Below, in pieces: positions 58,181-64,000 of a DNA stretch of 64,000 nt (the stretch's first letter is position 1; each line of letters opens with the position of its first letter). The position numbers were made by a program, and so were the translations under genes. The notes under the pieces are model-generated. The model worked only from the letters and a program-made list of their open reading frames with translations, did no database searches and had not been told where the DNA came from. The DNA comes from Candidatus Sumerlaeia bacterium (GTDB lineage Bacteria > Sumerlaeota > Sumerlaeia > SLMS01 > JANRJK01). The stretch spans positions 416,001 to 480,000 of the forward strand of contig JANRJK010000013.1 of assembly GCA_033764015.1 (NCBI GenBank), written 5' to 3'.

Positions 58181-59290
58181 ATGGCTGTCTCGCTGACCGA
58201 CTACTCATCCTTGAACGACCACCTGATCGACGAGTACCTGGAGGACGTCCGCGCCATCTTCGAATCGGGGCAGTTCGCCGCCGGCTCGAGCGTGCAGAAG
58301 TTCGAGGAGCAGATGGCCCGCTTCAACAACTGCAAGCACGCGGTCGGCGTGAAGAGCGGCACCGACGCGCTCGTGATCTGCCTGAACGCGCTCGGCATCG
58401 GAGCCGGCGACGAGGTCCTCATGCCGGTCCTCGCCCCCGCTTCGCTCGCGCTCTCGGTCGCCCGCCTCGGAGGCACCCCGGTCTTCGTCGACGTCCGCCA
58501 GGACTCGTTCACCATGGACCCGGACCAGGCGATCGCGTCGCTCAGCACCGCGAAGACCAAGGCGATCATCGTCCACCACACCTTCGGCCTGTCCGCAGAG
58601 ATCGACCGCATCATGACGGTGGCCCGCACCTACTCGGTCCCCGTGATCGAGGACGTCACCGCTGCCGCGGGCGGGCGGTTCCACGGCCGCCGCCTCGGTT
58701 CCTTCGGCAATTTCTCGTGCTACGACTTCGGCCCCTCCGCGGTGCTTTCCTCCGCCGGGAGCGCTGGCGCGATCGTCTCGAACGACGACAACTTCGTCGA
58801 GCACTTCCGCCGCCTCCGCCTGCAGGGCGCCGGCGCGTCCGGCATCGAGGCCATCGGCTACGACGCCATGATGGACGCCGTGCAGGCGGCCTTCATGATC
58901 CGCAAGCTGGCCGAGCACGATGACAACAACCTGGACCGCGTTGCCAACGCCCGCATGTATTCCCAGCTCTTCGAGGACAGCGCCGTGGTCGGCCCCCCGG
59001 TCCGCGACGACCTTAGCCACATATACTCCGAGTACGTGATCCAGGTGTCCGACCCGCAGGCGCTGGTGGACCACCTGAAGGAGAAGGAGATCGAGGCCGC
59101 GATCCCGTCGATCCGTCCGCTCCACCTCGAGCCGGCCTTCGCCTACCTGAACTACCAGCAGGGGGCCTTCCCGGTCGCGGAGGAGGCGGCGCAGCGCCTC
59201 GTCTCTATCCCCGTCACGCCGGGCCTGAAGAAGTCGCAGGTGAACGAGGTCGCCTCGGCGATCCTCGCCTTCTACGGCGTCCCCGCCTGA
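58181..59290 (+). CDS. DegT/DnrJ/EryC1/StrS-family protein lacking the PLP-binding lysine
   Basis: SGTDAL, GDEV, PVFVD, VIED, P.HLEPAF, FPVAE; the SFxPxK motif reads DFGPSA. Confidence 0.85.
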   Translation: MAVSLTDYSSLNDHLIDEYLEDVRAIFESGQFAAGSSVQKFEEQMARFNNCKHAVGVKSGTDALVICLNALGIGAGDEVLMPVLAPASLALSVARLGGTPVFVDVRQDSFTMDPDQAIASLSTAKTKAIIVHHTFGLSAEIDRIMTVARTYSVPVIEDVTAAAGGRFHGRRLGSFGNFSCYDFGPSAVLSSAGSAGAIVSNDDNFVEHFRRLRLQGAGASGIEAIGYDAMMDAVQAAFMIRKLAEHDDNNLDRVANARMYSQLFEDSAVVGPPVRDDLSHIYSEYVIQVSDPQALVDHLKEKEIEAAIPSIRPLHLEPAFAYLNYQQGAFPVAEEAAQRLVSIPVTPGLKKSQVNEVASAILAFYGVPA

Positions 59291-59349
59291 CGGCACTGGC
59301 GCTCGAAGCCGGACGATCCGCGCTTCCCATGATCCCTGATCCAATCCCC

Positions 59350-59397
59350 GGCGGCGGGAACACGGTCCGAGCGACCGCGTTCCCGCCGCCGCCTTTT
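59350..59397 (+). terminator. Probable intrinsic terminator after the DegT-like gene
   Basis: Stem GGCGGCGGGAAC (59350-59361) / GTTCCCGCCGCC (59379-59390) with inner CGGTC/GACCG, followed by GCCTTTT. Confidence 0.6.
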
Positions 59398-59429
59398 GCG
59401 CCCATCCCCACCCGCGAGGTCGCCCCGCC

Positions 59430-59894
59430 GTGCATCTAGCCGCCGCCTTCAAGTGGTTCTTCAAGATCCTCCGGGAGGGCGAGCCCGCGCCCCCCGCCCC
59501 CGTCTTCGCCAGTTCCTCCGAGCCCGCCATCCAGCTCCTCGGCTTGCTCCAGAAGGAAGGCCGCCTGGTCGACTTCCTGATGGAGGACATGTCGGGCTTC
59601 TCCGATGCCGAGATCGGCGCCGCCGCGCGCGACATTCACGGCAAGTGCCGCAACCTGCTCAAGGAGCGCGCCGCCCTCGAGCCGGTCGTGCCGCAGGCGG
59701 AGGGCGCTCCGATCGAGGTGCCGGCGGGCTTCGACGCCTCCGCGATCCTGCTCTCCGGCAACGTCTCCGGCGCGGGGCCTTTCAAGGGCACCGTGAACCA
59801 CCGCGGCTGGCGCGTCGCGCGGCTCGACCTGCCCACCGTGCCCCACGGCGCCGACCCGAAGGTCGCCGCGCCCGCGGAGGTCGAGGTCCGATGA
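59430..59894 (+). CDS. DUF2760-family protein
   Basis: QLLGLLQKEGRLVDFL.ED, IGAAAR.IH, GNV.G.GPFKG...HRGW, APAEVE. Confidence 0.85.
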   Translation: MHLAAAFKWFFKILREGEPAPPAPVFASSSEPAIQLLGLLQKEGRLVDFLMEDMSGFSDAEIGAAARDIHGKCRNLLKERAALEPVVPQAEGAPIEVPAGFDASAILLSGNVSGAGPFKGTVNHRGWRVARLDLPTVPHGADPKVAAPAEVEVR

Positions 59895-61750
59895 GCGCTC
59901 CCAACGCACGCTACGTCGTCGGCATCGACCTCGGCACGTCCAACTCGGCGCTCGCCTACGCGCCGATGCCCGGCGATGGCTCCGCGCTCGAACTGCCCAA
60001 AGTCGAACTGCTCAAGGTCGACCAAGTGGCAGCGCCCGGCTCCGTCGAGGCCCGCGAGCTGCTCCCCTCCGTCCTCTACGTCCGCGGCGAGGCGGAACTC
60101 CCCGAAGGCGCGCTGCAGCTTCCTTGGCGCGCGGACCCGGGCTACTGCGTCGGCGCCTTCGCCCGCGAGCAAGGCGCCCGCATCGCCTCGCGGATGATCC
60201 ACTCCGCCAAGTCCTGGCTCTCCCATTCCGGCGTGGACCGGCAGGCGCGCTTCCTCCCGTTCCAGAGCCGCGAGGAGGACGCCAAGCGTTCGCCGGTCGA
60301 GGTCTCCACGGCACTGCTTGAGCACTTCCGCGCCGCCTGGAACCACCGCATGGCGCAAGGCGACGCTTCCACGGACCTCGCGGAGCAGGACATCGTGCTT
60401 TGCGTGCCGGCTTCCTTCGACGCCGCCGCGCGGTCGCTCACCATGGAGGCCGCCACCGCCGCCGGCCTGCGCCACGTCTCGCTCCTCGAAGAGCCGCAGG
60501 CCGCCTTCCACTCCTGGATCGAGCGCGCCGGCGAGGACTGGCGCAAGCGCGTGCGCGTCGGCGACATCGTCCTCGTGGTCGACGTCGGCGGCGGCACCAC
60601 GGACTTCTCGCTCATCGCCGTCAGCGACGCGGGGGGCGAACTCGAACTGCGCCGCCTCGCGGTGGGGGAGCACATCCTCCTCGGCGGCGACAATATGGAC
60701 CTCGCGCTCGCCTACGGCGTCGCGGCCAATCTCGAGGCGGAGCGCGGCAGGAAGCTCGACCCCGCGCAGATGGCCGCGCTGGTGCAGCAGTGCCGCCAGG
60801 GCAAGGAGGCGCTCCTCGCCGACCCGTCGCTCGCCGCGCACCCGATCGCGATCCTCGGCAAGGGCTCCTCCGTCGTCGGCGGCACGATCCGCACGGAGCT
60901 GCGCCGCGAGGGCCTCGAGCAGATGCTCGTGGACGGCTTCTTCCCGCGTTGCGCGCTGGGCGACCGCCCGGCCCGCGCGGCGCGCGCCGGCTTCCGCGAG
61001 GCCGGCCTCCCCTACGCCTCAGACCCGGCGGTGACGCTGCACCTCGCGCGCTTCCTCGGCCAGCAGCACGAGGCCGCCCGCGAGCTGTTCCCCGGCCTCG
61101 CCGACAAGGGCGCGCTGCTCCCCACGGCGATCCTATTCAACGGCGGCGTGTTCAAGGCGCAGCCGCTCCAGCAGCGCGTCCTCGAAGTCGTGGCGTCGTG
61201 GTGCCAGGGGGTCGGCCAGGAGCCGCCCCGCGTGCTCGAGGGCGCCGAACTGGACCTTGCGGTCTCCCGCGGCGCCGCGTATCTCGGCCTCGCAAAGCGC
61301 GGCAAGGGCGTGCGCATCCGCGGCGGCTCGCCGCGCGCCTACTACATCGGCATCGAATCCGCCGCCCCCGCAGTGCCCGGCATGAAGGCCCCCCTCAAGG
61401 CCATGTGCGTCGTCCCCTACGGCATGGAGGAGGGCACCTCCGCCACCATCGACGGGCGAGAGGCGGACCTCTGCGTGTGGACCGGCGAGCCCGCCGCGTT
61501 CCGCTTCCTCAGCAGCACCACCCGCCGCCACGACGCCCCCGGGTCGCTAACCGACGTGGACGCGGAGCAGTTCGAAGAACACCAGGCGATCGAGACCACG
61601 CTCCCCGCGAAGGGCGGCGAACCCCGCCCCGCGGAAGTGGACCTCCGCGCGGAACTCACCGAGATCGGCGTCCTCAACCTGAGCTGCGTCGAACGCGGCG
61701 ACGACCATGAATACCGGCTCGAATTCAATGTAAGGCATCGCGAGGGATAA
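59891..61750 (+). CDS. Atypical Hsp70-family protein (no DnaK-type peptide-binding domain/lid)
   Basis: GIDLGTSNS, VPASFD, EEPQAA, DVGGGTTD, LLGGDNMD, FNGGVF; ends LEFNVR. Confidence 0.9.
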   Translation: MSAPNARYVVGIDLGTSNSALAYAPMPGDGSALELPKVELLKVDQVAAPGSVEARELLPSVLYVRGEAELPEGALQLPWRADPGYCVGAFAREQGARIASRMIHSAKSWLSHSGVDRQARFLPFQSREEDAKRSPVEVSTALLEHFRAAWNHRMAQGDASTDLAEQDIVLCVPASFDAAARSLTMEAATAAGLRHVSLLEEPQAAFHSWIERAGEDWRKRVRVGDIVLVVDVGGGTTDFSLIAVSDAGGELELRRLAVGEHILLGGDNMDLALAYGVAANLEAERGRKLDPAQMAALVQQCRQGKEALLADPSLAAHPIAILGKGSSVVGGTIRTELRREGLEQMLVDGFFPRCALGDRPARAARAGFREAGLPYASDPAVTLHLARFLGQQHEAARELFPGLADKGALLPTAILFNGGVFKAQPLQQRVLEVVASWCQGVGQEPPRVLEGAELDLAVSRGAAYLGLAKRGKGVRIRGGSPRAYYIGIESAAPAVPGMKAPLKAMCVVPYGMEEGTSATIDGREADLCVWTGEPAAFRFLSSTTRRHDAPGSLTDVDAEQFEEHQAIETTLPAKGGEPRPAEVDLRAELTEIGVLNLSCVERGDDHEYRLEFNVRHREG

Positions 61751-61774
61751 CCCGCCGCGGGAGGGACCCCCGGG

Positions 61775-62623
61775 ATGCTGTTCGAGCGGAGGTTCAAAAG
61801 TAGCTGGAACGCCACGCGCCTCCTCGCGGGCGCGTTGCGGGGAAACCCCCTCCTGCGGCTGTGGAACCCGTTCCGGCGCAGGGGGTTTCAGATCTCCTTC
61901 GCGCTGATGCTCGGCGCGATGGCTGTCCACGCGTATCAGGGAATTGTCGACTTCCACCAGTTCCAGACCACCTCCCAGGTGGGTCCCCTCTACTTCGCGA
62001 TCGGAAACGCGTTTGCGGTCCTCGCGGCTCTAGGACCGCTGCTGGTGATCGCAACGGTCCTCTCGGGTTGGGCAGGTCCATTGCCGGGCGGGGAGGACGC
62101 CGACTTGCGGCAACCCCCGCTGAGTTCCGAGCAGTACGCCGCAGCCCGCCTTCTGCTAGTGCTCGGTCCGCTGCTCATCGTGCGATTGGTATTGTACATC
62201 CCCTCCGTTGCTTCCGGCCCTCCAATGGGGTACGCCGCGCTGCCGTTCTGGGTGGTCGAGTCCGCTCTCGTCTACTCTTACCGGATCGCATCCGGTGTGA
62301 CTCTGCTGGCTTTGCCAACGTACTACATCGCGCGGCGGATCCCGAGCCGGGTGGGGGCCGGCCTCCTTTCGATCATGGCCTCAATGCTACTCAGCTACGC
62401 ATTCTGGTTTCTCGTTGATAGCATGGGCCCCCTCGCTTGGGGCCGCCGCTACGACCGGCACATGAGCGTTTTCAGACCCAACCTCCACGAGTTACTCCAG
62501 AGGCTCGATCCGTGGTGGGACTCGCTCTGCCACCTCGGCCTCGCCTTCTTACTCGCCCCGCCATCATCCGCGTTCTTGGCGACCCGGAGCCGCTCCCGCC
62601 CATCGAGCCTTGGCGTCGGCTGA
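61775..62623 (+). CDS. Hypothetical multi-TM membrane protein (ABC-permease-like hydrophobicity)
   Basis: 282-aa ORF with about six hydrophobic segments; lower GC than the flanks. Confidence 0.5.
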   Translation: MLFERRFKSSWNATRLLAGALRGNPLLRLWNPFRRRGFQISFALMLGAMAVHAYQGIVDFHQFQTTSQVGPLYFAIGNAFAVLAALGPLLVIATVLSGWAGPLPGGEDADLRQPPLSSEQYAAARLLLVLGPLLIVRLVLYIPSVASGPPMGYAALPFWVVESALVYSYRIASGVTLLALPTYYIARRIPSRVGAGLLSIMASMLLSYAFWFLVDSMGPLAWGRRYDRHMSVFRPNLHELLQRLDPWWDSLCHLGLAFLLAPPSSAFLATRSRSRPSSLGVG

Positions 62624-62714
62624 AAGCGCTCCTCTACCGCGGGGCCCCCCTTGCCGTTGACGCTACGGGGCGCCGCGGTCTCCCCTGACGCATCCTCGGC
62701 GCCCAGGAGCGACG

Positions 62715-63785
62715 ATGCCTTCCGACTATATTGTGGTGACGCTCGACAGCAGCGAGCTGCTCGATTTCTGCGGCCCGAACGACAGCAACATCCGCCACCT
62801 CGAAAAGAAGTTCGGCTTCCGCATCGTCACCCGCGGGAACAAGCTCCTGGTTCCGAAGAACGCCCCCCGCGCGGAAGACGCGCTCGCGGTGATCCAGTCG
62901 ATCCTCGAAGTCCAGCGCAAGCGCGGCCGCATCACCACCACGCAGTTCCGCCAAGCCCTCACCCGCGCCGTGGCGCGCATCGAGGAGGAGGCGGCGGAGC
63001 CCGAGGCGGAAGCGCCGGAGAGCGCCGCGGAGGCCCCCGCGAAGTCCGCGAAGCGCGAGCGCGACATCCTGGTGGACCATCTCGGGCCCGACGTGCCGAT
63101 GGTCCTGCAGCGCTCGAAGACCATCCTCAGCCTCACCGACGCGCAGCGGAAGTACCTGTCCACGATCCGCGAGCACGACATCACCTTCGCCATCGGCCCC
63201 GCCGGCACCGGCAAGACCTACCTCGCCGTCGCCATGGCGGTGGACTACCTGCTGCGCGGCGAGGTGAGCCGCATCATCCTCTGCCGCCCCGCGGTCGAGG
63301 CCGGCGAGAAGCTCGGCTTCCTTCCCGGCGACCTCTCGCAGAAGCTCGACCCCTACGTCCGCCCGCTGTGGGACGCGCTCTACGAGATGCTCGAAGTGGA
63401 CAAGACCAAGGACTTCTTCGAGAAGGGCATCATCGAGATCGCGCCGCTCGCCTTCATGCGCGGACGCACGCTCAACAAGGCCTTCGTGATCCTCGACGAG
63501 GGGCAGAACACGTCCTCCGAGCAGATGAAGATGTTCCTCACCCGCCTCGGCAACGGCTCCAAGATGGTCATCACCGGCGACATCACGCAGATCGACCTGC
63601 CGCAGAGCCAGCGCTCCGGCCTGATCCAAGTGCGGAAGGTCCTGGCCGAGACGCCGGGTATCGGCTTCGCCAGCTTCACCCAGCGCGACGTGAAGCGGAA
63701 CGAGCTGGTGATGCGCGTGGTGAAGGCCTACGAGGCGTGGGAGGCGGGGCTCACCGAGGATCCCTCGGGCAAGCACCGCCTCTGA
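62715..63785 (+). CDS. phoH: PhoH-family ATPase
   Basis: GPAGTGKT, RPAVEAGE.LGFLPG, AFMRGRT, LDEGQN, GDITQID. Confidence 0.95.
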   Translation: MPSDYIVVTLDSSELLDFCGPNDSNIRHLEKKFGFRIVTRGNKLLVPKNAPRAEDALAVIQSILEVQRKRGRITTTQFRQALTRAVARIEEEAAEPEAEAPESAAEAPAKSAKRERDILVDHLGPDVPMVLQRSKTILSLTDAQRKYLSTIREHDITFAIGPAGTGKTYLAVAMAVDYLLRGEVSRIILCRPAVEAGEKLGFLPGDLSQKLDPYVRPLWDALYEMLEVDKTKDFFEKGIIEIAPLAFMRGRTLNKAFVILDEGQNTSSEQMKMFLTRLGNGSKMVITGDITQIDLPQSQRSGLIQVRKVLAETPGIGFASFTQRDVKRNELVMRVVKAYEAWEAGLTEDPSGKHRL

Positions 63786-63869
63786 TCGGGGGCGATTCGT
63801 GTTGTCGCTGTCCCGGCGGTTCCGGGCAATGGCCGGTGAAGGGCCGCATCCCACCGACCGCGTAGCCGC

Positions 63870-64000
63870 TTGAAAGTCTCCCCCTTCACCCCGAAGCGCC
63901 GGCGCGCGCCGATCCAGTCGCTCGAGTCGTCCTGGCTCTCCGCGGCGGCGCCATGGCTCTGCCTCGTGGCCATCTTCGCGGCGGTCTCGATCCTGGTCTC
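63870..64000 (+). CDS. Partial N-terminus of a membrane protein, possibly the HD-domain phosphohydrolase that often follows phoH
   Basis: TTG-initiated open frame to the window end: KVSPFTPKRRR...PWLCLVAIFAAVSILV. Confidence 0.35.
   Translation, partial: MKVSPFTPKRRRAPIQSLESSWLSAAAPWLCLVAIFAAVSILV

Noticed and set aside
1..64000. CRISPR arrays, tRNA/rRNA genes, prophage or transposase genes
   Set aside because: None recognised by eye; intergenic gaps are short. A tRNAscan/Infernal run would be needed to exclude small RNAs

Overview
GC-rich bacterial chromosomal segment, densely coding, with about 46 CDS. I saw no rRNA, tRNA, CRISPR array or transposase. In order: a partial M14-like secreted protein; alkA, a methyltransferase and a CAP lipoprotein; a lower-GC secreted protein bracketed by a 20-bp direct repeat; a complete hutHUIG operon; a DUF1549/DUF1553 + DUF1501 pair; a stand-alone EAL protein; gmhA-rfaE1, apt, a secreted EEP/lamin-tail protein, a flippase-like membrane protein, cdsA, a membrane Ser/Thr kinase and yebC; a GAF hybrid histidine kinase with Hpt, converging on an ~18-kb minus-strand Wzx/Wzy polysaccharide operon; an esterase, a DUF695/RraB-like protein, lepB, an SDR, smc (with DnaA-box-like sites upstream), a multi-PAS hybrid kinase, a DegT-family protein, DUF2760 + Hsp70-like, a membrane protein and phoH. 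The best candidate for an undescribed system is the polysaccharide operon. It embeds an alkaline-phosphatase-superfamily enzyme, a pol-beta-type nucleotidyltransferase and an APH-like kinase, and also carries a catalytically degenerate Wzc, a degenerate LuxO/SypG-like activator and a 29-aa coupled micro-ORF. Several other proteins look like pseudo-enzymes (DegT without the PLP lysine, M14 without Zn ligands, EAL with a degenerate loop 6). DUF1549/1501, the DWG-type kinase and the WFLY/DAADV C-termini suggest a PVC-adjacent or Sumerlaeota (BRC1)-like host; this is inference only. All family calls come from motifs recognised by eye, not from database searches.
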